A DNA stretch of 36,668 nt, taken from the IMG/VR virus record IMGVR_UViG_3300048598_000574, positions 1 through 36,668 of that record; one strand, written 5' to 3'. The DNA is from a virus. Its lineage: Duplodnaviria > Caudoviricetes. The position numbers were made by a program, and so were the translations under genes. The notes under the pieces were generated by a model that ran no database searches, was not told where the DNA came from, and saw only the letters and a list, made by a program, of their open reading frames with translations. Shown in pieces: positions 1 through 9,025 of this stretch. Each line of letters opens with the position of its first letter. Position 1 is the first letter of the stretch.

Positions 1-1185
1 ATGGCGAGCATCTATAAGCGGTATCGGTCGCCCTATTACTGGGCTCAGTGGCGTGATTCTGGTGGGGGGCTTCACCGACACAGCACAAAGCAAACGGACA
101 GGGGCAAGGCGGTGGCTTTCGCCCTGGAGATGGAGCGTGCCGAAAAGGCGGCGGGCGCTGGCTCTCTAACCGAGTCTCAGGCGCGTGAGATTCTGTCAGG
201 GATATTGGAGCGCACCCAAACCGGAGAATCGCTTAGGACACCGTCCGCAAGCGATTGGTTGAGGGATTGGCTGACCACTAAGGAGCTTGGCGCGGGCGAA
301 ACCACCATGATCCGATACCGGCAGACAATTGAGCACTTCATAACCCACCTCGGGCAGCGGGCCAAGCGGCCTCTGCTGGGCATAACCCCGCGAGACGTTC
401 AGGACTTCTACACCAAACGGGCAAAGGACGGGGTCCGATCATCCACTATCAACGTGGACGGAAAGACTCTGCGGGCCGCGTTCACGCGAGCCGTTAGACT
501 GGGGGTGATAAGCAATAGCCCGGCGGATGCCGTTGATTTGCCTGCCCGGAGGTCTAACGAGCGCGGGACATTCTCACCGGAGGAAGTGGACAAGTTGGCC
601 GGGGTTGCGGATGGTGAGTGGAAGACGTTAATCAACATCGCCTACTACACCGGAGCCCGATTGTCAGAGTGCTGCCGGGTGACATGGGAGAATATCGACT
701 TGGAAGGCGGGTTGATAAAATTCGCGGAAACCAAGACGGACAAGATTAGGGGCCACGCTATGCCACTCCACGCGCTCATGGTGGAGCATTTGAACGGGTT
801 GGGGGGTAAACATACCGGCCCCATAATGCCCGGCCTATCCGACGTGCGCGTTAGCGGTCGGCGCGGACTCAGCCAACATTTCATCGGGTTGATGGCCAAG
901 GCTGGCATTGACTCCGATGCCATCGAGGAGGAAGGCAAGCGGACGTTCAACCGGCGAAGCTTCCACGCCCTCCGGCATTCATTCGCCAGCGCTTTGGCAA
1001 ACGCCGGGGTTTCGCCGGAATTGCGCATGAAGCTTACCGGCCACAAGTCGGAGAGTGTCCACCGTGGATATACCCACCACGAACTGGAGAAGCTAAAGGA
1101 GGCGCTGGCTAAGCTTCCCGCGATGGGGAAGAAATCTGAGTCTCAAGCTGGCGCATCTCCTCTGCCAAAAACGCCTGGTAGTTGA
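1..1185 (+). CDS. int: Tyrosine recombinase/phage integrase
   Basis: Catalytic R (YTGARLSE), K (ETKT), HxLR (HALRHSF), GH and Y (GYTH); N-terminal arm-binding-like segment. Confidence 0.95.
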   Translation: MASIYKRYRSPYYWAQWRDSGGGLHRHSTKQTDRGKAVAFALEMERAEKAAGAGSLTESQAREILSGILERTQTGESLRTPSASDWLRDWLTTKELGAGETTMIRYRQTIEHFITHLGQRAKRPLLGITPRDVQDFYTKRAKDGVRSSTINVDGKTLRAAFTRAVRLGVISNSPADAVDLPARRSNERGTFSPEEVDKLAGVADGEWKTLINIAYYTGARLSECCRVTWENIDLEGGLIKFAETKTDKIRGHAMPLHALMVEHLNGLGGKHTGPIMPGLSDVRVSGRRGLSQHFIGLMAKAGIDSDAIEEEGKRTFNRRSFHALRHSFASALANAGVSPELRMKLTGHKSESVHRGYTHHELEKLKEALAKLPAMGKKSESQAGASPLPKTPGS

Positions 1186-1438
1186 TGCCGTCAACAAGGC
1201 TATCATCCTTGAATCCGCCAAGAGCCCGCCAATACTTCATATCAACGAATGCGGCGGCAGCGAGTGCGCGTAGGGTGTTGGTGGGGATTTCAAGCCCGAG
1301 GCGCTTGGCGACGGCCTGCATCGTCAGGAAACGGCACTCCCGCCAAGTATCGCCGTATTCCTCTCCGCGACCGGCAAACGTGGACGTTGCCCGCTCGATG
1401 GTGGCCAGTGCTTGAGTTTCAAACAAGGGATTGCTCAT
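1109..1438 (-). CDS. DUF6378-like small phage protein
   Basis: Pattern RGEEYGD...DMKYWR...KDDSLVDGINY resembles the DUF6378 family. Confidence 0.6.
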   Translation of the reverse strand: MSNPLFETQALATIERATSTFAGRGEEYGDTWRECRFLTMQAVAKRLGLEIPTNTLRALAAAAFVDMKYWRALGGFKDDSLVDGINYQAFLAEEMRQLETQISSPSREA

Positions 1439-1441
1439 AAA

Positions 1442-2314
1442 TCAATCGGCTTCCGTGATGCTGTAGCGGATCTTGTCGGACTCGTAGTAGAACCGAAGCC
1501 AAGCCGCCCCCACCGGTTTCGGCCCCCTGCCCTTCTCAATGTGGAATCCCTCGTGCGGGCTGTATTCGTCCTTGTAGCCTGGGGTGCGGAAATGGATGGC
1601 TTTGTCCAGATACGGAATCCCGGCTTGGCTTAGCCGTTCCCGGCTTATCGGCACCTTCCACTCATCATGGCTGTGGCCGGTCCAAATCAGGTCGGCGTCC
1701 GGCAGGTAAACAGCCATGCGGTTTGTGTCAATTACACCCCGCGTCACCGGCCCACCTCCGCCGTATCCGTGGTGATAGGCCATAGCCACGGATTGCCGAT
1801 GGCTGGTTCTGGCGGTGAACATGAACCGAATCCAGCCGGAATAGGTTCCGAGCATCACCTTGCTGCCACGGGTGCGCATCCGCTCAACAAGCCGTTGTGT
1901 CAGGTCTGTTTCGTGTCGCTTCTTGACGGCTGTCTCGTGGTTGCCGGGCGAAATCATCACGAAGTTTTCCGCCCACGGCGAGAAGAACTCGTCCGCAGAC
2001 TTCACAATGCTGTCAAAGTATGAGCTGTTGGCATCTTCGGGGCGGACTCCGCTTTTGCTTCCGCGCTTGTCGTCTCGTCCCTGCATGGCGCAAAACAAAT
2101 CACCAGCCTCCATCACTCCGGCCCGGCGCTCTTTGGCTTGATCGAGATGCTTTCGCATCAGTGCGCGATCCGCGTGCGGGTTGTCAAGGTGTCGGTCTGT
2201 AACCAGCAAGAACCATTGCTCCCACCCCTTGCCGATGCGCATCAGGTTGCGCACGGTCAACACGCAATTGGCACCATCGACACGTTCAACGGCAAATGGA
2301 AGTTTCATCGTCAT
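1442..2314 (-). CDS. Calcineurin-like metallophosphoesterase
   Basis: Motifs DxH (TDRH), GD (AGDLF), GNHE, HHG, GHSH; start moved to ATG at 2314 (MTMKL) to avoid overlap. Confidence 0.85.
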   Translation of the reverse strand: MTMKLPFAVERVDGANCVLTVRNLMRIGKGWEQWFLLVTDRHLDNPHADRALMRKHLDQAKERRAGVMEAGDLFCAMQGRDDKRGSKSGVRPEDANSSYFDSIVKSADEFFSPWAENFVMISPGNHETAVKKRHETDLTQRLVERMRTRGSKVMLGTYSGWIRFMFTARTSHRQSVAMAYHHGYGGGGPVTRGVIDTNRMAVYLPDADLIWTGHSHDEWKVPISRERLSQAGIPYLDKAIHFRTPGYKDEYSPHEGFHIEKGRGPKPVGAAWLRFYYESDKIRYSITEAD

Positions 2315-2333
2315 AGGTGGAACGTTAACAGGC

Positions 2334-3563
2334 TTACCAGCTCGACAGCGCCGCTCGCTTCCAAAGGTTTGTGCCGACCGACACATAGACGTAGTTGGAG
2401 TCAACGCACACAAGCCCCGCCCCGCTTCCCCATGTCGTATCAGTGGAGTTTGTCACCTTGCGAGGCGTTAGGGCCAGCAGGCCAGCAACCGACAGCCTAG
2501 ACTGACCGGCCTGCGCATACGCTACGCGGTAGAACCCGATGGCGTTGGTTGGCATTGGCGTCTTGACTGTCCAGAGCCCATTAGTCTGGTATGGGTAGCT
2601 AGTGGTTTGGTTGGTAACCCATGCCCACGTGGTCGGGTTCAGGCTCGGAGTAAACTGCAATAGCGGCGCTACCTGGCCGTTGGTGGCCACGTTGATGGCG
2701 ATGTTTGTGGTGTTCTCGATGGTTATGGTGGAGATGGTTCCGAGCGCAACCGGTGCAGCCTGAGCGCTAAAAAGGTCGGTGCCAAGAAACCTCCATCGGA
2801 TGCTATTGGTATCACTTTGCTGGTCCAATACTGAGTTCATGTGCAGACCATAGCCGTTAAGCTGCACCTCGCTTTGCGCACTCATCCACGGAGTAGCCGC
2901 GAACATGTTGGAGACAAAACCCCATGACACCGCATCGTCTAGTGTAACCGGGTCGCCAACGCGCACGCTCTGGCCATAGAGTGCATTGGTATGGCCAAAC
3001 AAATCCGGCTGGGCCAATCCCCATACAGTCACCGCGCTTATAGTGGGGTCGGCAGGCACACCGCCGAAGCTGGGGACCATTCTCGATGTTACCCTGATTC
3101 TTACTTGGTTGGTGGTTGCGGCTTGGCTCAATGTCCAGTTGGTGCCATCAGTCGAGAACTGAATCGTTGGCTGCCCAGCCGTGAGTGTGAATGTGAACCC
3201 GGCGAAATTCGATACCGTGCAAAGGACGTTGGTGCCAAGGTATGGGCAAGTGAACGAATTGGTCGCGAAAAGAACGCACTTCGGTGAGCTGAAAAAGCCG
3301 TTGCTCTGGATAGTGGAGAAGTTGTAATCGACCGCTTGCCAGCACTGCCAGTTTGAGACTGAAAGTGTGTCACTGGTTGAACCCCAGATGCCATTAGACG
3401 CATAGCGAGGGTTGTTGGTCCAGTATGGAGAGTTGGTTGACCACCACGGCGCGAGCTGGTATCGATTGGTGTCATAGCCTCCGAAAGGCACGCTGACGAT
3501 TTTCAGCGCGAACGCGGAGCCGCAAAGCGTAACAAGAAGAAGCGTGAGTAGTTTCTGTTTCAT
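2334..3563 (-). CDS. Tail fibre/receptor-binding-like protein with N-terminal Sec signal peptide
   Basis: MKQKLLTLLLVTLCGSAFA signal; T/N-rich beta-type sequence; fibre neck-like VGDPVTLDDAVSWGFV; C-terminal ...DSNYVYVSVGTNLWKRAALSSW motif seen in phage fibres. Confidence 0.65.
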   Translation of the reverse strand: MKQKLLTLLLVTLCGSAFALKIVSVPFGGYDTNRYQLAPWWSTNSPYWTNNPRYASNGIWGSTSDTLSVSNWQCWQAVDYNFSTIQSNGFFSSPKCVLFATNSFTCPYLGTNVLCTVSNFAGFTFTLTAGQPTIQFSTDGTNWTLSQAATTNQVRIRVTSRMVPSFGGVPADPTISAVTVWGLAQPDLFGHTNALYGQSVRVGDPVTLDDAVSWGFVSNMFAATPWMSAQSEVQLNGYGLHMNSVLDQQSDTNSIRWRFLGTDLFSAQAAPVALGTISTITIENTTNIAINVATNGQVAPLLQFTPSLNPTTWAWVTNQTTSYPYQTNGLWTVKTPMPTNAIGFYRVAYAQAGQSRLSVAGLLALTPRKVTNSTDTTWGSGAGLVCVDSNYVYVSVGTNLWKRAALSSW

Positions 3564-3566
3564 AGG

Positions 3567-4481
3567 TCAATCCGTTGATAGAGGAGAACCGTCGATGCTT
3601 GTTGTTCCATCCGAAACGGAAGTGTTTGGCGTCGTTGAATCCTGCTTAGGCAAAACAAGCAGGTTGTAGTCCTTTGGGTTGAAGGCAATGGCTGGAATTG
3701 TTGGCGCCCCCTTCCACAACACACCGATGTAATGGTCGCTTCCACTGCTCAGCCCGTATGCACCAAACCGCGCTTGGTTTTGCGTGTAATAGTTAACAAT
3801 CTCCGACTCCACAAGCGCACCGGCAATCACGTTGTTTGCGTGCCCGCTGAACACAAAGCGATCCACGCAGTTCTCACCCGTGGCGAAGTTCTGAAAATCA
3901 ATCGTTCCCCACGCGGAGCTTTGCGTATCAAAGTAGGACTGCGGAACGATGGCTATTCCGTTTACGGTTTGAAACGGCTCGGTGTCAAGGAATTCGATGT
4001 TGGTTGGAACGGGCATGTAGTTCCACCCGGCAAGCCGTCGATAGGTTATTGTGGCAACCTTGCGCAGCCGGAACGAAGAGCTGCACACTTGATCGACAGT
4101 GTAATAGTCGCCGGCCTCATGAATCAGATCTGCCCCATCAATCCCCTTGCCGGTTTCAATTTTTGTGACGTGCAAGAAACCGAAATTCACCCGGCCTGGG
4201 AGCTTGTTGGCGTCTCCAGTTCCGGTGATGATAACGGTGTCTATTCCGCCAAGCGTGTAAGTGGATTTGCCCGGCATAGCCTTAAGCGCAGCCGCCATAT
4301 TATTTGGTGTTGGGTAATTTAGTAGAGTGGAGCCAAACCAAGCCGATTCCATCCACAACTCAGCCGATGCCGATTCGGAAGAAGAGGCAAAAAATAGCAG
4401 GTCGGTTTCATACTGTCCGAGCGCCGAAAATAACGGCGTCTCACACAGCCCAAAACAAACAGACTCTCCGGGAATGTCCAT
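3567..4481 (-). CDS. Hypothetical tail-tip structural protein
   Basis: 304-aa ORF tightly packed downstream of the tape measure gene; no recognised motif. Confidence 0.55.
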   Translation of the reverse strand: MDIPGESVCFGLCETPLFSALGQYETDLLFFASSSESASAELWMESAWFGSTLLNYPTPNNMAAALKAMPGKSTYTLGGIDTVIITGTGDANKLPGRVNFGFLHVTKIETGKGIDGADLIHEAGDYYTVDQVCSSSFRLRKVATITYRRLAGWNYMPVPTNIEFLDTEPFQTVNGIAIVPQSYFDTQSSAWGTIDFQNFATGENCVDRFVFSGHANNVIAGALVESEIVNYYTQNQARFGAYGLSSGSDHYIGVLWKGAPTIPAIAFNPKDYNLLVLPKQDSTTPNTSVSDGTTSIDGSPLSTD

Positions 4482-4482
4482 G

Positions 4483-5121
4483 TCAAGGCAATGTTCCGCT
4501 CTGGCTCAGTTGTCGAGCCCACACGCGAGCGGCCTCTACCTCAACCGACTGAATAACGTTGCTACTTGGGTCTATTATTCCAGTCCCACCGGTAACCCCA
4601 AGCGCGTAGATAATAGTCCCGACAGAGTATCGCGGATGCATCACTTGCCACTCAAATGCCGTATCTATGGTGGCCTTTCTGATGTTGTCTGTATAGCCTG
4701 TATAAGTGATTGTTATTCCGTCAATTGTTTCATTGGCGGGCATGCGTGCCGTTAGGCATTTGGCGATATAGACATTGACGCTGCCGGTGTAATAGTCGCC
4801 CGTGCTCAGATTCCATTGACGCGCCTGAACGTAATTGGCGCTGTATAGGTTGGTGATTTTGTAGGGGGTTAAAGCGCTGCCAGACACAGAGCTGCCAAAC
4901 AGTGTCTTGTCGATGCACAGTGTTGCATTCCCATCCGTCAAAATGTATTTGCAGCCTCCACCCTCAACCACGTCAACCCTTGGATTTGCCAGCGCCCGCA
5001 GCACCCGTGCGATTAGCTGATTCCAGCGCAGAGACAGAACGGACGGATAACCTTTACCGGTTGGGATTGGTATATCGATGCCGACTCCGATTGCTTTGCT
5101 GGTGTCAGATGGCTTTGACAT
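4483..5121 (-). CDS. Hypothetical tail-tip structural protein
   Basis: 212-aa ORF in the tail operon overlapping the upstream gene. Confidence 0.55.
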   Translation of the reverse strand: MSKPSDTSKAIGVGIDIPIPTGKGYPSVLSLRWNQLIARVLRALANPRVDVVEGGGCKYILTDGNATLCIDKTLFGSSVSGSALTPYKITNLYSANYVQARQWNLSTGDYYTGSVNVYIAKCLTARMPANETIDGITITYTGYTDNIRKATIDTAFEWQVMHPRYSVGTIIYALGVTGGTGIIDPSSNVIQSVEVEAARVWARQLSQSGTLP

Positions 5122-5908
5122 ATCGCGTAACGCGCACGTAAATATTGCCCATCCACTGGGTTAGCTTTGACTCCTCCGCAGGCAACAACCCTCCCCATAT
5201 AGAGCTGCCACGAGACACAACGCCAGTTGATGCGTCAATCGACAGGACTGTCTTTGTGGCTGCCCATCCGTTGGTGCGGGCATCCTTCATCATCCGCCGG
5301 TAATCCCAACTATTTCCACTGTCGGACGATCCGTAGTAAGGAAGCGTTGATGTCAGTGTTGCGTCAGAAGTCAACAGCTGCACCGGGTAATTGACACCGC
5401 CCCATGCGTCACTTCCGGTTGAATCGGCAAGACAGAACGCCATCTGAGGAATGACCGGAATGTTGGAAACAGCCTTATACTTCGGCGGTGCGTCTGCGCT
5501 TAAGCTGGTATCAACGATGAAGAAGTCATAAGCCAACATGCTAAGCACGGAACGGGTGAATGCTGCCCGGCCCAACTGATTCACACCCGAGACGGTGTAT
5601 GTCATCAGCCCCGGATAACTCATTGCAAACTGCTCATATTTGGCGAACGATGCGGGCACCTTTGCGTAGGTCCGCAACCACCTCACCAAACCGCCCCCAA
5701 TCGCTACCCGCTCAGATTCCGCGACCAGCAGATAATCAGTCAATGTTCCGTGCGGCGTATTCAATGCCAGTGGAGCAAAATTCGCCTCAAGCTGCATGAA
5801 CTCTTGAGTGAACACATACGGCACGTTGACATTCTCAATCGGCCACGCAAATCGCTTCCCGCCAGTTGGCGCTGCAACAGTAAAATCTCCGTCGTATTTC
5901 AGGGCCAT
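5105..5908 (-). CDS. Putative distal tail/baseplate protein
   Basis: 267-aa ORF immediately after the tape measure gene (Dit position); positional assignment only. Confidence 0.55.
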   Translation of the reverse strand: MALKYDGDFTVAAPTGGKRFAWPIENVNVPYVFTQEFMQLEANFAPLALNTPHGTLTDYLLVAESERVAIGGGLVRWLRTYAKVPASFAKYEQFAMSYPGLMTYTVSGVNQLGRAAFTRSVLSMLAYDFFIVDTSLSADAPPKYKAVSNIPVIPQMAFCLADSTGSDAWGGVNYPVQLLTSDATLTSTLPYYGSSDSGNSWDYRRMMKDARTNGWAATKTVLSIDASTGVVSRGSSIWGGLLPAEESKLTQWMGNIYVRVTRYVKAI

Positions 5909-5909
5909 A

Positions 5910-7451
5910 TTATTCAGCTGTTATGCTTCTGATGTTCACCGAGAGCCCGTCACCCTTGGCCTTGTCAACCAGGTCGGCAAGATGTTGCGCAGCTTCATTT
6001 GAAGACTTTTCCAGAGACTCAAACGGATTCTTTTCGGAGTCTTTGAGCGAAACCATCCCTTTGCGCAGCTGGTCCGCCCTGCTTAGCAGATCTTGAGAGC
6101 CGGCAATGTCGCCGCGTAGTGCCCGCTGCCGAGATTGAGTTTCAAGTCGGCCAATCTGCTTGGCGTCCAATATGTCCAAGTTCATGTCCCGCGTATTCCA
6201 TCGAGACGTTCCCATCCCCGACAGTTCTTGCAGCGTAAACTTGGAGCGGTCATTTTTTGCGTCCATCAACTCCCCGTTTGCGTGTCGTGCTTTTGCGGCA
6301 TGCTCGTTGATGTTGTTGCGGACCTCGCGCTCGTGCTCAATCTGCTTATTGTGCTGCTCCTGCTTTTCTTTTGCCTGCTCCTGCTTTTTGATTTTATCGT
6401 CCTGAACCCTCAGGATTGCTTCGTGCAACTCCTTCTCGCGTTCAACGAGTTGTGTTTTAAGCTCGATTTGCTCCAAGCTTCCAGCTTCGGAATTGTGGAT
6501 CTTAACGTTGAGTTCGCTAACCTCTCGCGCTATTGCCCTGGACTTCTCCTCATTGCTCATCCTTCCGAAAGATTCATCGCGCCTAGCTTTTTCAAGCCTA
6601 GCAAGAGCTACGGCTATGCTCTTTGCCTTTTCCGCTTTCTGCTCATACGTCTCGCCACCCCCATCGTTTTCTGGAGCATGGGACGAATACTTCTTCAGAA
6701 GCGCCGCAGTTCCCATATCACCTAAATATGCCTGCGATGCAAAAGCTGTAGTTTTTCCAACTATCGTTACAAATCCCTTGCCAAACCCCTGAAGTTTTTT
6801 GCTTATGGACTCAAGCCTGTCAACTTCCTGGTCGGTGAGTATTTTAAACGGATGATCCCTTTTGAAATCCTCCAGCGCTTTGGAGCCGTCCTTTAGTGAG
6901 TTGACAAGCCTTATTCCGGATTTTCCGAACAACTCAAACGCCATCTGAGCCCGAAGCGTCGGGTCTTCGATCTTGCTCATACGATCCGCAACATCGTTTA
7001 GAATTTGCTCCGTTGACTTGGAGTGTCCGTTGGCATCTTTTAATGCAATTCCCATGTTGTGAAACATGTCAATAGCAGACGCGGAACCGCTTCGGGCCTC
7101 GCCGATTTTGATGGTTAGCTTTTGGAGTCCTTTTTCAGCATCCTCAGCATCTCCACCGGTTTTTGACACACGCATTGAAAATGCCTGTATGGTTCCGGCA
7201 GATACCCCTGTTTCTTCTCGCAAATGAGATACTTGTTTGGCGAATTCGATCACAGACTTTGCTGCCGCCCCAATCGCGGCAATTGTAAGGCCGATGCCAA
7301 CCGTGCCGGCTGCGGATTGCAGCAATGATAGCGGGTTTAGTTTCACCAAGTCCGCTTTGAAATCACCAACTGATTTGCGGACTCCGCGAAGCGCGGCAGT
7401 TACGGGGCGAACATCCATCCCCATTTTAATCAGAACCTCTTCAACAGCCAT
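5910..7451 (-). CDS. Tail tape measure protein
   Basis: Ala/Gly-rich hydrophobic N-terminal part, typical ADRMSKIEDPTLRAQMAFELFGKSG segment, coiled-coil C-terminal half; follows tail tube and chaperone genes. Confidence 0.85.
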   Translation of the reverse strand: MAVEEVLIKMGMDVRPVTAALRGVRKSVGDFKADLVKLNPLSLLQSAAGTVGIGLTIAAIGAAAKSVIEFAKQVSHLREETGVSAGTIQAFSMRVSKTGGDAEDAEKGLQKLTIKIGEARSGSASAIDMFHNMGIALKDANGHSKSTEQILNDVADRMSKIEDPTLRAQMAFELFGKSGIRLVNSLKDGSKALEDFKRDHPFKILTDQEVDRLESISKKLQGFGKGFVTIVGKTTAFASQAYLGDMGTAALLKKYSSHAPENDGGGETYEQKAEKAKSIAVALARLEKARRDESFGRMSNEEKSRAIAREVSELNVKIHNSEAGSLEQIELKTQLVEREKELHEAILRVQDDKIKKQEQAKEKQEQHNKQIEHEREVRNNINEHAAKARHANGELMDAKNDRSKFTLQELSGMGTSRWNTRDMNLDILDAKQIGRLETQSRQRALRGDIAGSQDLLSRADQLRKGMVSLKDSEKNPFESLEKSSNEAAQHLADLVDKAKGDGLSVNIRSITAE

Positions 7452-8094
7452 TTGCTTTGCCTTTCGAGTTTACCTCTTCAAGCCACTTGGAGACCACACG
7501 ATCTGACGGGTTGAAAAGAATGGCGTCAGGGTCTCGGTATTTCCGGGCTAGCTTCATGTATTGAAACAGCCGCTTGCATGGCATCCGCACAATTTCAGAC
7601 TCACCCCACCCGGTAGCTTGAGCGAGCGAGAACACCAAAGCGGCCAAGCAAGACCAATACGACGGACCGGAAGCGCCATCGGCCCCACGCGGGGCATCCA
7701 TTAGCGCTGAGTCGCAATACGCGTTTATGGCGTAGATTGCAATTTGACTGTCAACATGCCTCAATCGCGCAACAAAGCGCCTGCGTGCCACCCATAGCGC
7801 AAGGCTGGCCAGTTTTGACGATACGGCCTCAAGCTTGTCGCGCAGCCAGATTGCCCGCTCGTAGTCTCGGGATATGCACCAGAGGAACAGGGCGCAATCG
7901 TCAGCCAATGGCACGCCGCCGCAAATGAACGGAGACTGAGCCGCCGACAGCCTGGCCATGTGCTCCATTGTGAGCGGCATAACCTCGACGCCGCAGATAA
8001 ACTCCGGGGCGTCAAGGAAGGCCTCTTCGCGGGCTGCCGTTTCTTTTTCGACAGCCTCGCGAAGTCCTGGAATGGCTTGAAGTAGCGGGTCCAC
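7441..8094 (-). CDS. Putative tail assembly chaperone
   Basis: Lies between tail tube and tape measure genes; C-terminal GWGESEIVRMPCKRLFQY resembles gpT-like chaperone ends. Confidence 0.65.
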   Translation of the reverse strand: MDPLLQAIPGLREAVEKETAAREEAFLDAPEFICGVEVMPLTMEHMARLSAAQSPFICGGVPLADDCALFLWCISRDYERAIWLRDKLEAVSSKLASLALWVARRRFVARLRHVDSQIAIYAINAYCDSALMDAPRGADGASGPSYWSCLAALVFSLAQATGWGESEIVRMPCKRLFQYMKLARKYRDPDAILFNPSDRVVSKWLEEVNSKGKANGC

Positions 8095-8100
8095 TGCGGA

Positions 8101-8493
8101 TTAGGTGGAAGCGGTCACGCGCTTGCGGAACGAGACGTTGATCTTGCGCTCAGTGCCCTGCCCCTCAGCACGTCCAACATCAGAAAGGTAATAGGTCTCA
8201 GAGCCAACTCCGGCATCAAGTGTTACCTGAAACTCCCAACCAAGCAGCGGCTCCGGGGTTGCAGATGCGGCAAGTTGCAATGTGGCGCTTCCGGTTACCG
8301 GAGCAACGTATGTCACCTGCCCGTTAAGCTCGTCCACTTCGTTGAAGCGCTCGATGGTTTTGGTGGGCCGGTTTACGCTGAAATTCTCAGCAACGTAGGT
8401 AGTCCCTCCGGTTCCGTTTGCGGCGGAGCCGATGGTTAGGACTCGTGTGCCGTATTGCACGGCACCGTCATTTTTGGGCATTGTGACAGCCAT
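8101..8493 (-). CDS. Putative major tail tube protein
   Basis: 130 aa, beta-rich, positioned between terminator-like and chaperone genes. Confidence 0.65.
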   Translation of the reverse strand: MAVTMPKNDGAVQYGTRVLTIGSAANGTGGTTYVAENFSVNRPTKTIERFNEVDELNGQVTYVAPVTGSATLQLAASATPEPLLGWEFQVTLDAGVGSETYYLSDVGRAEGQGTERKINVSFRKRVTAST

Positions 8494-8521
8494 AACTTAG
8501 TGGTGGTGTTTGGGATGGTGG

Positions 8522-9025
8522 TTAGCTCGTTGGCCAGACTTCTGGCCGCACGTTAAAGTGAACTGCGTAAACAACGGCGCTGGTGATGATGCCGTCCTTG
8601 GCTTTAATCGACGGAGTTGTGCCAACATCCAACACGTCGTTGACGTAGTGATGTGGAAGAACGCCGTCTTGATTCAGCGTGTAGATGAGCTGTGACGCGA
8701 GGCGGCGAACAATTGCACGGTGTTTGCCGTGGTTGTTGGTGGTGGCTGAATACTTGCTGACTATCGCGAAGGCAAGTTGACCGCGCCACGCATCCGGCAC
8801 CATGCTTGTGTCGGGGAACACAAAACGATGCCCGGTTGCTTCTCCGTTGCGAAACCGGATCTCGACACGCTCAACCTCGTCGTTGCTGTCAAGCGATTCA
8901 ATGTCTGCGGAGTTGTCACCAATGATTCCTACAAGCCCGGCAGCGTTTACAAGTGAGCAAATTGCTTGCTCAAACGCTGTCTCTGGGTCGTAGATCTTCG
9001 CGTAAGTATCGTCAGCTAATGACAT
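8522..9025 (-). CDS. Putative tail terminator/completion protein
   Basis: 167 aa at the lambda gpU position; positional assignment. Confidence 0.55.
   Translation of the reverse strand: MSLADDTYAKIYDPETAFEQAICSLVNAAGLVGIIGDNSADIESLDSNDEVERVEIRFRNGEATGHRFVFPDTSMVPDAWRGQLAFAIVSKYSATTNNHGKHRAIVRRLASQLIYTLNQDGVLPHHYVNDVLDVGTTPSIKAKDGIITSAVVYAVHFNVRPEVWPTS

Noticed and set aside
2334-5908. Diversity-generating retroelement or invertible tail-fibre cassette
   Set aside because: No reverse transcriptase, no invertase and no TR/VR-like repeat pair noticed
7441-8100. Programmed G/GT tail-chaperone frameshift
   Set aside because: A single ORF spans the whole interval between tail tube and TMP genes, so no second frame is needed
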